In this document: piece by piece, positions 50,925 through 63,526 of the stretch
How the letters are laid out: every line of letters starts with the position of its first letter
Position numbering within the stretch: position 1 is the first letter of the stretch
Assembly: GCA_026025075.1 (NCBI GenBank)
Contig: JAPEUI010000038.1
Span: 62,001 to 126,000 of the forward strand
From: Vezdaea acicularis
Taxonomy: Eukaryota
Direction: 5' to 3'
DNA: 64,000 nt
Translations under genes and position numbers: made by a program
Notes under the pieces: generated by a model
The model's database searches: none
Seen by the model: only the letters and a program-made list of their open reading frames with translations
What the model was told of the DNA's origin: nothing

Positions 50925-51484
50925 TGACAGAATTTTCCTGAGATTTGAGGCTTTGGAGGCCATTTAAAAAGGAGAATATGAGTGTACTGTATATATGCAG
51001 GGCATAATGCTAATAGAGGAGGAAATCGCAGGTATTCTCAGCCAGGCGTTACGAGTGAGGCTTTCTGCTTCCCGTGTTTCTTCTCTTGCAAACCTGGTCA
51101 TTGTTGGGTGCAAAAAGACATGGATAGGACTGTGCATTGTTTTTTTTACTTTTTTTCACACCGCACCCTGGATTCCGATGGATGCATGGCTGAGATGTAG
51201 GATACCTAGCGATATGGCATCGGTGATGTGTATATGAACTTGGGATGGATATGGAGAGGCTATCTAGATCACAGCTCAATGAATTCTGCCTTTCTTCTTT
51301 CGGCCAATCAGTTGAACTGCCGTCCTTTTCTAGCTCATTCGTATTGGTTTCCACCACGATCTCCGCGGTCTAGCTTTTCTCACCAGCAGATATGATGTCG
51401 TAAGGTCTGGCTGGTTGTCGATATGACCATGCACTAGTTCTAGTCCTACCCAGAAACCCCCTTTCTCCACCGCCATAAATCATC

Positions 51485-52243
51485 ATGACAGACCCAGCCA
51501 AACGTCCTGCCCCACCTACCCCCCATATTTCTACACCCTCAAGCCTTCCCCGCGTGACAATCACCTACTGCATCAAATGCAAATGGATGTTCCGAGCCAC
51601 CTACGTGCGTAATCCCATCCCATCCTTACCCCTCCCACTTTTTCCTGACTTCAATCTAGTTCGCACAGGAGCTCCTCTCGACATTTGAAGGCACCATTGG
51701 AGAAGTAGCGCTTCGGCCCGGAGGGACGGGTGAATTTATCGTGGAGCTCTGGTATACGGATGGCGAGTTGGGGCCGGATGGTTCTCAGCCGAAGGTGCAG
51801 AGTAAAGTGCTTTGGGACTTCAAGGTAAACCGAGGCTTTCCTGGTAGGTAGCTCATTGGCAGCTTGTTGCCATCTCCTGAAAGGTTTTCCTTGGCTAGGC
51901 AAAATAGCATAGAGACCTACATGGGACTAACTCGATTGTGATGTGGTCAGAAACGAAGATATTGAAGCGGTTGGTAAGAGATGTGATTGACCCGGGGAGG
52001 AATATGGGGCATGTGGATCGGGTCACGAGCGGAGTGGCGGGGGATGGGGATAAGGGAAACATAGGAGAAGGAACGCAGGCGAAGGACGAGAAAGGGGGAT
52101 GGGTTGCAGACGTGGCGAACAAGCAGCAGAAGATTATTGAGAAAAGTCAGGGAGAGCTAGTGGGGGGGCGTGAGACCAAGGCAATGGGGCCTAGCACTTT
52201 AAGGAGAGATGCCGACGGGGCGGTCTGCGAAGACTGCACATAG
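51485..52243 (+). CDS. Rdx family (SelW/SelT/SelH-like) CxxC redox protein
   Basis: RVTITYCIKCKW, FAQELLSTF, GGTGEF, LWDFKVNRGFPE, LKRLVRDVIDPGRNMGHVD; C-terminal CEDC; two introns. Confidence 0.9.
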
Positions 52244-52765
52244 GAAACTCTTCAAATGTGTTATTCTACCAGGTGCATGTTTCGAATGATGGCAAGGAGT
52301 TAGTGAGGCATTGCGCTGCAGGAAACGCTCGTCATTTGCTATTACATACAAGGGGCGGGGGGGTCGTCAGATTACGGGAACAGAAAGTGCACACAAAGCC
52401 AATCTCATCCCCGAAATGAAAACAACTAAGGAAAATTATGATGAGACTTGCAGTTGAAGGCACTCCGTAGGCAGGTTCCAAATGATCTGACGCCATATCC
52501 GAGAATAAAGACTGAACGCGCATCAAGCCCAAGGTTGTACCGCATATGATTTCCCCCTGGCCCAAGGCATGACCGAACATGAAAGAGGAAGGCCCGTTCA
52601 CTCTATCTATTTTTGGTGTCTTCTCGAAAAGCAGCTGCTGATGATGACTGGTGTCACTGTTATCGATATGATGGTGCCAAGTGTTGCTGAGCCCAAGGTT
52701 CGCGTAGTTCAAGACAGGATGAGAGATCGAGATGAGTTTCGTGAAGATGGTTCGTGGTGAATGTA

Positions 52766-53198
52766 TTACATAACGATGCAGCATGGGTTTGATTGTGGTG
52801 GCGCATAGGGATCTTCACGCTTGTCGACCTATGGGGAGAAGGTGGGTTAGTTTCAGTCCAAGAAAGAGAAGAGCTACGCTGGGTAATGCGAAAACGTACA
52901 TTTCCCCACAGTGATGGCACCATAAAGTCTCTTGTGTTTGACGTGTAGCTTATTAAACTAGGGATAGATAATGGTTAGTCTACAATAATATCTAAGGGGC
53001 AGGCTGTTGGATCAGTGATAGGGAAAATGCTTACCCATTTGCAGCTTCCGAAATCCTCACTCTTGGACGATCCAGATCTTCCCGCAATCGCAAATTGAGC
53101 TCCGTAAGGCGCCTCAATTTTAAATCTGCCATGCTCTGCTTTTTGTTCTTGATGTGCGCCGTATCGCCGCCGGTCCGAATCTCGTATGAGGGGGCCAT
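52766..53198 (-). CDS. gpgA: Heterotrimeric G protein gamma subunit
   Basis: [57 protein letters not shown] (CaaX); two introns. Confidence 0.96.
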
Positions 53199-53610
53199 AT
53201 TGATATTCGGTTCGACCAATCAATTAGGCCGGATCAAAGGCTGACTTGGGCTGTCGATCGTTAAGAGAGAAATAGAACCGAGCTTTCGGATCTTGGTCGA
53301 GCAATCCACGCCACCAATTATTGTAAGGCCGCGAAGGAGAGATGTTCAATGATGAAGCCTTTGATGATTGGGGAGCAAGGCTTCGCGGCTTCGAGAAGTG
53401 GTATCGAACTGAAACGTCCCTTTCATTCGCAGCTAACGTGTACTTTTTTCCAGCAAACGTCGCACTGGAGCTTTTTGACCGCGAGAGGCTCTGATCCCGT
53501 GTCGGATTGATTTGATCAAGCCTGAGATACTGATCAGGTCGCTACCGGTATTGGACAGTCTAGAGAAGAGTCGGTCAAGGAGGACTCTTCCATGATACGC
53601 GAGTGAAGAG

Positions 53611-53727
53611 CACGTGACCGTCCCTTCACGATCTTTACGTTAGTGCTCCCGGGAAATTTGCGAAATCAAAGCGGATAAATGTTACCGCGCTTTAGGCCTA
53701 GATAATCCGACTTCATGTTACACGTGA
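53611..53727. promoter_or_regulatory. Two CACGTG E-boxes in the G-gamma/PFK2 divergent promoter
   Basis: CACGTGAC 53611-53618 and CACGTGA 53721-53727. Confidence 0.4.
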
Positions 53728-54008
53728 TAACGCTTGTCACTACTTTCTGTTATGTGGCGTTGCCCTGCGTCGCCCCGCGATTCGGGGCGTTGAGATTAGC
53801 AACAATATAAACCGGGCGACTGCAAGATCTCTATATTTGGGCTTTGCTTTTAACAGTTTTGGATTGCGTGTGCCCTCTCCCACGACCATTCTCTCGATCT
53901 TTCCTACGTGTAGACTGGCATTTTAGATCGCCGTTACCTCTTCTCATCTAACATGTGATTGCCTCACAACTGATACCATCTACACGTCCCTAATTCTCGT
54001 AGTACACC

Positions 54009-56291
54009 ATGGACACCTTGCTGTACGTGCACCACCTCACTACTAGCCTAGAGTGACCCTTGGTGATCTCTAGGAAGTAACCCTCAATTCCTTGCCTAGA
54101 TGTACTAACACTCATACTTGAAGAACGGAAGAACTTGCGGCGAATTCGCCTCGATTCAGGCGGAAATCAAGTACTTATGTAGATGCTATCCATGATTTGC
54201 ATGAGAAGTTTGATAGCATGGCGCCCGCTCAGCTGTACAGCACTGAGTCAGGGCGCCTCTTTCATTCTGGAAGAATTGTTATTGTCACTGTAGGACTACC
54301 GGCTCGAGGGAAGACGTGAGCACCCCATACAGCCATTGAGGGAGGCGCGTGTGCTTGCTATAAAGCAAACCTTGTGACCAGTTGCTCACACCTTTCATCG
54401 AGTCATAGTCACATGGCAGTTGCAATTGCCCGATATCTCCGATGGTAAGTTGACGTGGAGTCTAGACAGAAGTGCTACCGAAGCATTGCATACTAAGTTT
54501 CTATAGGCTAGGTGTAAAGACCCGGGCTTTCCATTTAGGAGACTATCGAAGAGCTACAGTGGGGCCTGGAAATGATGTACCCGACGACTACTTTTTTGTG
54601 AATGGTATGTGGCCATCTCACGCGCATGTGCAAAGGTTTCTAACATTCTAAGCTTCCGCATCATCTGTACTTCTTCGACAGAAGATATTGAAGAAATGCC
54701 GTGAGGATATCTATCATTTTCTAGATAGGGAGAAAGGACAAGTCGCGATATACGATGCTGTGAATCCACTGAGTGCAGGAAGACGATCCTTGGCCAAAGA
54801 GTTTGCAAAGCATGACGTTCAGGTACGCATATCATGAAATTAGAGTATTCTTCCAATCCTTACGAAAAACCCCTATATATTTCCTATATCGCGCACTTGG
54901 TAATTTGGAGGCTTTGCTGATATTCTTGAAGACATTGTTCATAGAATCTGCTTGTGATGATGAAAAGATCATAGAGGAGAATGTCCGGAGTGTTAAGATC
55001 TCTTCTCCAGACGTAGGTCCATCTCATAACCTAAGTCCCATTGAGTATGACTGATTAATGACTTAGTACGCTGGCTGGGACTCTAACGATGCTGTAAAAC
55101 ACTACCTCGCACGTATCCACGCTAAAATACCACATTTTGAGACCATGGAAGAATCAGAACTCAATTATGTCAAGGTGAGAATGCCCGTTGACTATTGATG
55201 CGAATATAGATTGACCAGGCGAATATCAGATGATCAACGCTGGCGAGCGACTTATGGTGAATAACTGTACATTTGGTTATCTGTCGCACAGAATTGTGTT
55301 CTACCTCCTGAACCTTCACATCAAGTCTAGACATACCTACTTTGCACGAGTGAGTTTATCGTTTCAGAAGTAGATCTTGGGATACAATATTGACCATGGT
55401 TGTTCAAGGCTGGCACATCGAGTGAAGAAGACTCTTACAAAGCTGATGCAGCTCTCGGCAAGGTTGGAGAGGACTATGCTAAGAGAATGAGCGAGACGTT
55501 GATTAAACATCGTGAGAATGAGCGCCAGCACCTTATTGACGCTGGGGGCTCTCATGCTGCCCTAAAACCTCTGACTATTTGGACCTCGACAAGGCAAAGA
55601 ACCGTATCAACGGCAGCTTACCTTCAGAGCCTGGGCTACAAGGTTCGTCAACGGGGCCAGATGAGCCAGTTGAATCCAGGGGTTTGCGAGAAGATGTCTG
55701 AACGAGCGATTCGCCGCGAATACCCTGATGAAGTGGAGAAACACGAAGCAGATCCATATCACCACCGATACCCGAGAGCGGAGGTAAGTCGCACCCCTGT
55801 TGATTAATGGCCTTTCTTTAAATTGATTCTAGTCTTATCACGACCTCGCGGTTCGCATGGAGCCCATCATCCTAGAACTTGAGCGCGAACAGAACGACCT
55901 TCTGATCATCGCGCACGAAAGCGTCCTGCGTGTTCTCTACGGCTATCTGATGGCTTGCAACGCCTCCGACATTCCCTCCCTAGAGTTTCCCCGCAACGAA
56001 ATCATCGAAGTGAGTATAACTATACCAAATAGTAAGCCCCTGACTCTGACACGAATGCCCCTTCTACAGATCATACCGGCAAGCTACAACAACGAAGCCA
56101 AAAGAATCTTCATCCCCAACCTGCCTGAAGAAACCGTGCCTGACTCCCCAGAAGACATCAAGATCCCTGTCCCTCACTCTGGCGCTATGAGTCCCATGCC
56201 TGGAGGGATCGGGACTCCCAAGGAGCCTGTGGTGGAAGCGGCGAAGTCTGAGCCAGACCCACTTCTGCCAGAACCGGCTTTGATGCCCTGA
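54009..56291 (+). CDS. 6-phosphofructo-2-kinase/fructose-2,6-bisphosphatase-like protein (YLR345W-type)
   Basis: About ten introns; AQLYSTESGRLFHSG, VGLPARGKT, FHLGDYRR, AIYDAVN, LFIES, YPRAESYHDL, IIAHESVLRVLYGY. Confidence 0.92.
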
Positions 56292-56727
56292 TCAGATGTG
56301 GGTAATCAGATATAATTCGATGTAGTTATAGATAAAATGAGGCTGTATTACGTATAGGCGGCGCCGACGGCGCTCGGAATTTATGGTTGCAATTAGACTA
56401 ATAAAATCGAAAATTTGTGTGCTTGGGCTGGGTCTTCCACCATGCCTCAAAATATTTCAGCAGTTCCGAAGGTTGAGCAGCTCAAACAAAGAAGCGCTAA
56501 CATCTCTCTGGGTGATACCATGAATGCTACATAGCTCAGCCACGGGGATGAAATCGAGACAACTCATTTAACTTCGATTTTGCAGTGAAGCTATCGATTA
56601 GTTGAATAAAGTGAAAGACAAAATCGATCACGACCAGTATTTGGTCCCATCTCGAAAGTATTTGCATCAATTAATACACGCTAGCTTACAAAACTTTGAC
56701 TGGAATCATCCGCTCCCCATTTACGCC

Positions 56728-59415
56728 TTACAAGAAATCGCTAGCCTTAGCTCTCCGTTTTACGGCCGAATCCGGGGCCCTTCCCGGGGGCGGACTTCGT
56801 GAAATGCTTTCTTTCCTAGTCCATCTCCTGCCCGGTGACCTCGATGCGTCTCGCCAATTTCTTCTCCCGTCATCCCTCTCGCCCGGCGATGCTGATCGCG
56901 AATATCTTCTTCGTCCGCCGTTCTGACGCGCTGATGGCGGCAATACAGATCGTGAGTCGCTTCGGCCTCGGCCGCGGCCTCTGCCTCTATGTGGGGAGGG
57001 AGAGCGTGATACAGAGCTCGTGTTGCGCCTTTCCCTTTCTCCACCTTTCCTGGGCGGAGGCGTGATGGACGCGGAAAAGCTCCTTCGCCTATCTCGGCCG
57101 CGCTTCTCCCCACGACGAATTGGCGATCTAGACCTCGATCTCGAGTCATACGAAGGCGAGCGTGCTCGACGATCATTCGGAGGGGCGCGCGGAAGCGGAG
57201 AGCGAGATCGTAGGCGGCCCCTGGCTCGATTTGGAGAAGGAGACCGAGACGAGGTGTAGCTTCTACGTCGACGGCGTTGAGGCGGCGTAAAGCTGCGTGA
57301 TGATATGCGTGAGTCTTCCCTACCGCGACGGCGAGGCGGAGGCGAACGAGATGGCGTGCGTGTGTAGCTACGTCCTCTGGTGATGCGGTCACGAGTACGA
57401 GATGGAGAGCGTGAGCGCGAGTAAGAGCGAGAGCGAGAGGAACCAGTATAGCTAGAATATGAATAGGAGCTCACGGACTCCGAGTCTGATTGCGAATCCG
57501 CTGGCGCAGGCAGTGCGGGGAGAGCTGGCTGTGGAGCATTCTTGAGATGCTCACGCATGTCTTCCGTAAGAGCACCCATCTGGATACTGGTGAAATAGTT
57601 GATGGAGAAGCGAGTATTGCGCGAGTTGTCTGTCGGAAAGAGCCCTTCAAAGCTTGGACGAAGGAAATCGTCTTTCAGGCGGGCTTGCAATTTGGGCATG
57701 CCAAGTGCTTCAGCGAGGTCCTGGAACAGAATCTTGATGAAGATCCGGCTGCTAGACGTGGTTTCCTCTTCATTGAGATGCACAATTGAGAGCACATGCC
57801 AACCGATACCGTCTGAACTGAGCATGTGGCCAAAGAAACGGGCAATGTTGCGAAGTTTATTGGTTTCGTACTGGTGGATAGAGTCATAGTATTTTGCAAA
57901 GCTGGCCTCGAAGAGGTCGCTCCAAAGGCGGTTGATCTTCGCAAAGCGCTCGCCAATCAGACCGTAAAACTTGGAATATGTCTTCTCCTGCGAGCAACAC
58001 TCGATGACCATCGAGGGGAGCTCAGGCTCCTGCCCGACAGGAAGATTGATCTTCATCAGCTTGTGACAGCATTCTTCGAAATCGATGCTGGACATGATGG
58101 TCAAATAGATAGTCCTCCTTAAGTTGACAAGATCTGTATTCGTCTGATCCTTGATCTCCATCTCTTTATCCTTAGCAGCATCTTCATCATCATCAGTTTC
58201 ATCGTCAGTTTCGTACTCGTCTGCGTTGTCGCTGCCCTCTGCTTCTCCAAGTATCTCCGCTTTGAGCTTTTTATATGCATCCTCATGCTCTTGCCATTCA
58301 GAATCAAATTTAAATACGTTCAGACCATCCTGAACATCAATCTCATCCTGTAAACTAACACGATGGGTGATCTGGTCTTCTTCTTCGACAAGATCCAGTT
58401 CCTCCTTTATGGCAGGATTATCTTTGTATTTATCCTTCCTTACCTGGAACAAGACCTCGATCATGTATTGTACTCGCTTGTCGATGCCTGCCTCATGCAG
58501 GATATTGCGGAATTGGTCGAAGACTACTCTTGCAATCTTTCCACTCATCTCCTCAAGATGCTGTCCAACCTCTCTCGTCAACCCGACTGCAATCTCCACG
58601 CTGTCGTCTGTAGGTTTGTTGAGCAACAACATAAGTATCTGAGCCGCCAGAATTTCGTGCGCTACTTGCTGATTGCAAAGGTGGGCGATGAAGGTTGTCG
58701 ACGAGAGACAGACAGATTTGTCGTTCCGCTTGAAAGCTTTTCGAAATTGCATGATTAACCTGTTGAGTAGAAGCTCTCCTACTTGAGGTAGCTTGGTATT
58801 CACGATAGCTGCCATGGTAGCGTAAATCGGAGTGAACGGCAAGCTAGCGGCTTGAGCTTTCATGATGCTTCGGCAGAACAGTCCCCTACCACGATCTAGG
58901 TTCTCCCCAAAGAGCTCTGGCACAATATGCCTGATATTAGACACGTTCACCTTGTTGATCAGACCATTGATTGACTTCTTTAACGCCTCCCATGCCATTC
59001 TCTGAAACTCCTTGCTCGTCGTATCAGTGATCTGTGCCTGGAGCGCTCTGAGTCGGGCAGGTGGTATATAAGTGCCCCCAGATCTTGCAGTAAGAAGCTT
59101 CTCATATTCAGCTTTTGCAGCAGCCTGCTTTTGTTCTTCGGTCGGCACGACCACGTCACTTGCTCTCGATACATCTTGAGTTCTGAGACGCTCGGCCAGC
59201 TGCCTCTCGCGTTCTCGCGCACGCCGAGGATCGACATCTGGTAGCCGGGACCCTGGTCCCGAGCGTAATGGACCTCGCGGTGGAGACCGCCATCTATTTG
59301 GGGAAGGTGAACGTGATGGTGGCGATCTCTTGCGGTCGTTGTATTTGCGAAGTGCATCTGGCGGAGGCGGCGTAGGCAGTCGGACCGCGGACTGTAACAC
59401 GACAGGGTCCTCCAT
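56728..59415 (-). CDS. CWC22: Pre-mRNA splicing factor CWC22 (MIF4G + MA3, RS-rich tail)
   Basis: GGTYIPPARLR, WEALKKSINGLINK, LRRTIYLTIMSS, TTSSSRIFIKILFQ, RFSINYFTSI; intronless 895 aa. Confidence 0.97.
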   Translation of the reverse strand: MEDPVVLQSAVRLPTPPPPDALRKYNDRKRSPPSRSPSPNRWRSPPRGPLRSGPGSRLPDVDPRRARERERQLAERLRTQDVSRASDVVVPTEEQKQAAAKAEYEKLLTARSGGTYIPPARLRALQAQITDTTSKEFQRMAWEALKKSINGLINKVNVSNIRHIVPELFGENLDRGRGLFCRSIMKAQAASLPFTPIYATMAAIVNTKLPQVGELLLNRLIMQFRKAFKRNDKSVCLSSTTFIAHLCNQQVAHEILAAQILMLLLNKPTDDSVEIAVGLTREVGQHLEEMSGKIARVVFDQFRNILHEAGIDKRVQYMIEVLFQVRKDKYKDNPAIKEELDLVEEEDQITHRVSLQDEIDVQDGLNVFKFDSEWQEHEDAYKKLKAEILGEAEGSDNADEYETDDETDDDEDAAKDKEMEIKDQTNTDLVNLRRTIYLTIMSSIDFEECCHKLMKINLPVGQEPELPSMVIECCSQEKTYSKFYGLIGERFAKINRLWSDLFEASFAKYYDSIHQYETNKLRNIARFFGHMLSSDGIGWHVLSIVHLNEEETTSSSRIFIKILFQDLAEALGMPKLQARLKDDFLRPSFEGLFPTDNSRNTRFSINYFTSIQMGALTEDMREHLKNAPQPALPALPAPADSQSDSESVSSYSYSSYTGSSRSRSYSRSRSPSRTRDRITRGRSYTRTPSRSPPPRRRGREDSRISSRSFTPPQRRRRRSYTSSRSPSPNRARGRLRSRSPLPRAPPNDRRARSPSYDSRSRSRSPIRRGEKRGRDRRRSFSASITPPPRKGGERERRNTSSVSRSPSPHRGRGRGRGRSDSRSVLPPSARQNGGRRRYSRSASPGERDDGRRNWRDASRSPGRRWTRKESISRSPPPGRAPDSAVKRRAKASDFL

Positions 59416-59753
59416 GACGGAGCTGTTCAGGCCTTGGGCTTGATGAATCTATGATGCAAGTTTCTTATGATTCATGGTGAAGTTATATATATCATGCGAG
59501 CTTTCGTGTTGTCTTATTGCATAGTCCGGTGATGTGAATCAAGTGCTGGGTTTGGCTCACGTCGGAAATTTTGATAGCGCGACGGTCGGTGATGCAATCA
59601 ACCGAATGGCGCGTTTTTCTCAGCACTAGCGAAAATAATATTTCGGAGCTTCCCAGGAGGTGCAATTTGTCCACATAGCTCGAAGCCAGTATATATTTGT
59701 CGCAGGAGGTACCTCACATTCACTACACCTGCCTGAATCCTCACTCCACCACC

Positions 59754-60145
59754 ATGGTGAGTTCATCTTTGGCCCTAGCGAAGGTCTCACTAGTACATGT
59801 ACTAATTCACGTTGCTTCCCCTTAGCTGGATAAGCTCATTGGTCTCGGGATGCTCCTTTTCGCGTCTGCAGTATTCCTGTACTATACTGTATGGACTCTG
59901 CTTATGGTGAGTCTTGCCATACTATAATAGATGGTTTCAATCACTAATCGTATGATAAGCCGTTTGTCGACAATGGGCATCCGCTTCACGATTTCTTCCC
60001 ACCCCGAGTGTGGGCGATTCGCATCCCTGTGATTGTGATGCTGTTGGGCTCCGCGGTTGTGGGATCATTCTTGAGCATGGTCATGATTCGAAGTAATAGA
60101 AAGAAAGCTGCGAAGGCTAAAGCTGCTGGAAAAAAGAAGGCATAG
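59754..60145 (+). CDS. DPM2: Dolichol-phosphate mannose synthase regulatory subunit
   Basis: Manual splice: ATG|intron|LDKLIGLGMLLFASAVFLYYTVWTLLM|intron|PFVDNGHPLHDFFPPRVWAIRIP...KKKA-TAG; not in the ORF track. Confidence 0.93.
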
Positions 60146-60516
60146 GGGGCGTGATTTGATAGAGTCTAGCGAAAGTTTATTCTTGATATATATGTTCAGG
60201 GAGTACCAAGATGCCCCTTGTGAATTCTATCTATTCTTGGGATCTATCGTTAAGCTATGGGTATCAAATGGCTTTCAGTCTACTCAGATTGCCTTCAATC
60301 ATGCGATGACTTGGCCTGGCGAAATGTGGGTGGGATCTGCTCTACCAGACCTGATCCTCTATCCTAGGAAATCGGCTAGGTCGTAGCTGGGCCTAGCCAT
60401 AGTGTATCGTTCCGTTCGTAAGTTCCTCCCTTCACAAGAAGAATCGTCACACCTCCTGACCGGCAGCAACAGAGCAGAAACATTAACGCAAAGAAGACTC
60501 GTTCCAGGCCAACACG

Positions 60517-61302
60517 TCAAAGACTCCCTCTTCTAGGAAACCTAACCCCTTCTGTTGCAGGGCCATCGGTAAACCAGCTGACCTTGTCTCCTCCACCCGC
60601 ATTGACCAAACCACATGGAAGCTCTTGCCCTTCATCTGTGTCAAAGATCTTGGCCATGGTCTCCTTCTTCCCCGCTCCAGTCGCGACAAATGCAATATAA
60701 ACTCCATGGGTAACCACCGGTAGCGTCAGAGTTATGCGTCTCGGAGGTGGTTTTGGTGAGTCGTCAATAGCAGCTACCCATGCATCGCTTTCCCGTAGCA
60801 ATTCGTGCCCGGGGAAGAGTGAGCAGGTGTGCCCGTCCGGACCGCAGCCAAGGAGGATGAGATCGAAGATGGGGAGTCTGACGGAATCCTTTGCCGCGAA
60901 CGAGGCTACGAGGTTCTTCTCATACTGATCAGCGAGTTCTTGAGTGTCGTCTAGAAAATTCACATCGATCGGAAACACTGTTGGTCGAGAATCCGCTGGT
61001 AATTTATCAAGTAGGTCGTCTTTGACCAGCCTGTAGTTGCTATCTTCATGATCCAGAGGAACGGCACGCTCATCCGCAAAGAAAATCTCCCATTTACCCC
61101 AGTGAATTGTGTCTTCTTGACTGTTTCCAGGTGGAATCAGAGCTTCCCCTAGTGTTGCCGGCAAAGAGCCACCCGAGACTGCAACTCTGAAGACATCGTG
61201 TCGCTTTAGGCCATCCCTCTGAGCATGAAGGATGTATTGCCGAAGATTGGACTGAAGGGTCTTTGGGTCCGAGAACACATAAAGGTTTGGCTGTTTACCC
61301 AT
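60517..61302 (-). CDS. 6-phosphogluconolactonase (SOL family)
   Basis: VAVSGGSLP, FFADERAVP, DSNY, LLGCGPDGHTCSLFP, DSPKPPPRRITLT; first ATG at 61302. Confidence 0.96.
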   Translation of the reverse strand: MGKQPNLYVFSDPKTLQSNLRQYILHAQRDGLKRHDVFRVAVSGGSLPATLGEALIPPGNSQEDTIHWGKWEIFFADERAVPLDHEDSNYRLVKDDLLDKLPADSRPTVFPIDVNFLDDTQELADQYEKNLVASFAAKDSVRLPIFDLILLGCGPDGHTCSLFPGHELLRESDAWVAAIDDSPKPPPRRITLTLPVVTHGVYIAFVATGAGKKETMAKIFDTDEGQELPCGLVNAGGGDKVSWFTDGPATEGVRFPRRGSL

Positions 61303-61517
61303 CACGAACGTAAAGAGACTAAGTTGCCGACAGGGAAAGGAATCGAGTTCGATGAGTTTCTGAGATCTGATAATGACTGGGGTCCTGTAGGACAACCGAT
61401 TGTTATGGGAGTTTTCGGGAGTTGCTGTATTTGATGACCGAAGGACTTTGGCTCCGTTCTAATGGCGATAAAGGCTGAGCGTTCTGGTCTTTGAATCTAT
61501 CGGTGCAGAAGGGGGAC

Positions 61518-61534
61518 TTTTTTTTTTTTTTTTT
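61518..61534 (+). repeat. Poly(T)17 tract upstream of the lactonase gene
   Basis: 17 consecutive T, ~215 nt upstream of the ATG. Confidence 0.9.
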
Positions 61535-63477
61535 GCATGTGCTTGAAGCTTATTCACCAGGTCCTGTACGAATCCGTGGATCGCCGGCTCACGGGTTCTG
61601 TTCTTCGGTGTGACCAAAGACGCTCCCCCGCCTCCCGTACCCACGGCTGCAGCCTTCTTCGGGCGGCTCTGGGACTTTCGAGCGCTTCTGAGAAATGTCG
61701 CTTGCGAGCCCGGAAAACTTGATATCATCACAATTTGAAGGAGCCTTGTTGTCGGCCCCATTGTCGGCCCCAAACCAACCATGACGTCTTCCTTCCCACT
61801 ATCAAACCTTAAGGATAGATCATCCGTGCGGCGCATGATGCTTGCCGACGATCTATTCAATCTTCCGATGGAGATGGCACTGATGTCATGCTCGTACGCT
61901 AATGAAAAGCGGAACTCTCCGTGGCCTTGAGAATACGTGGGCAATTCATTTTACGTACGTGCTGAGCGACTCGACCCATGACCTCAGTTTTGATATCTGG
62001 CAGTCTGAACACACATGCGTTCGCCATGTTGTTTTGCGGAGATCAATGCCGGAAAATGTCGCTTAGAAAGAATCTCGTCTCGATGCCTGTCGGCGCCCAA
62101 AAAAATCGTGGGCGTATTATCGAGTTCCCAATTGGATCCATTGACTCTCTTCAAAGCGCTGGACTAGGGCTATGAAAGACTGATATATACAGCGGATTGG
62201 AACATCGTAGGCGGTACTTCGTGCCGCATTAGCTACATTCTTTCGCCCGCCAAATGGTCCAAAGCGACCGTTCGCGCTCCGATATGTGCCCGCCGTCACA
62301 AGGCCCTACAGACGGGTAGAGGGCCTCAACAAAAAGCGAGGAGTACCCCATTGGCAGACATTGAGATAACGAACGATGCTTTTCCTCTGGGAACGTTCTT
62401 CAACGTCGCCGGCTTCCCTATCCTGCACGGTCGTTCTGGTTTTGCTCACGATGGCGGGGTATCAACGGGCGATAAGTCGCTAGGAATGCATTGTTGGCAC
62501 ACGCCAAAAGAGAGCCACGCATGAAGCCATCTGCCAACGCCGTTCATTTCCCCCCCCCTTTCGGCGGTGAACATGCACGAAAAGTCCCGAGCGACTGTCT
62601 ACTTTAGGCCAGATATGAGGTCATGTGGACGGAAAGGCGAAATGCGACGCTCAGAGGGCTGGGGTACGAGAACGGGTCATCGCAATGCGCCAATTGTTCG
62701 CCACGAACCATCTAGGCCGGTCCAAAACTGGCTGTGGCTCATCATGCCAAAACGGCTGACGGGGGGCCAACAGCCAGCAGCACGAGAGGATAGGATAAGG
62801 CCCCGGCATGACGGCGGTAGCGTCCTTCCGAAAGCGGCAACTAAGCGCCGATCAGGACGCGACCGGTGGGGGAGGAACGGGACATGCCAGCGAAGGGCAC
62901 GGCGGTGGGCGATGAGAGGGGGCACGAGCATGGGCCGAAAGTGGTGAGCGGGTCGCAACAAGCTCGACTGTGGCTGCGGTTGATCTGCTCGGTGGCTTGC
63001 AGGTGGCTTGCTCCTGCCAGACCCCCGCCGCTCCCGTGCCTTCGATCCAAACGGCTTTTGGCACGAAATCAAGATTGCGGAACATGCCGTTTGGACAATT
63101 GCCGTTCTCTGTCAACCAGCTTTGGGGGAGAGGGGAGTGCTTCGCCGCTTCTTGGAAAACGAGGAATTGGATCGGGCTGTTGGCGGTCAAAGCAAAGCGA
63201 TAGGAGCGCATGCGGAGCAAAAGATGAAGGCATCATCGCCATTTGTCGTCCGCCGTGTGCCGTTTGCCGTCCGCCGTTCTCGTCGAATTCCGTCACGCAT
63301 CACGCACAAAAGGCGCAAGCGAGGCAGCGCACTCGCAATTAAACGTTGGAGGAGCATGCGTAGCGACCTCACGACACGATTTCGGTTATCTCAGAGATGG
63401 AGGAGGCCTGCGCTGCGCTCAGACGAGCCATGATCGGAGACTTGGCCGGCATACCCCGTTTGGGTCCGAGCAGCAGA

Positions 63478-63526
63478 AGGAGGGAAGGAGGGAAGGAGGG
63501 ATGGAGGGGAGGGAGGGATGGGAAGG
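63478..63526 (+). repeat. Polypurine (GGA/GGGA)n low-complexity tract
   Basis: aggagggaaggagggaaggagggatggaggggagggagggatgggaagg. Confidence 0.8.

Noticed and set aside
51505..51600. Selenocysteine use in the SelW-like gene
   Set aside because: The motif is CIKC with TGC codons and no in-frame TGA.
53200..53220. GGTTCGA as a tRNA T-loop
   Set aside because: No cloverleaf or A-box in the flanking sequence.
60490..60520. Stop-codon readthrough to a cryptic peroxisomal signal in the lactonase
   Set aside because: Stop context is TGA CGT, not TGA CTA, and no short extension ending in a PTS1 was seen.
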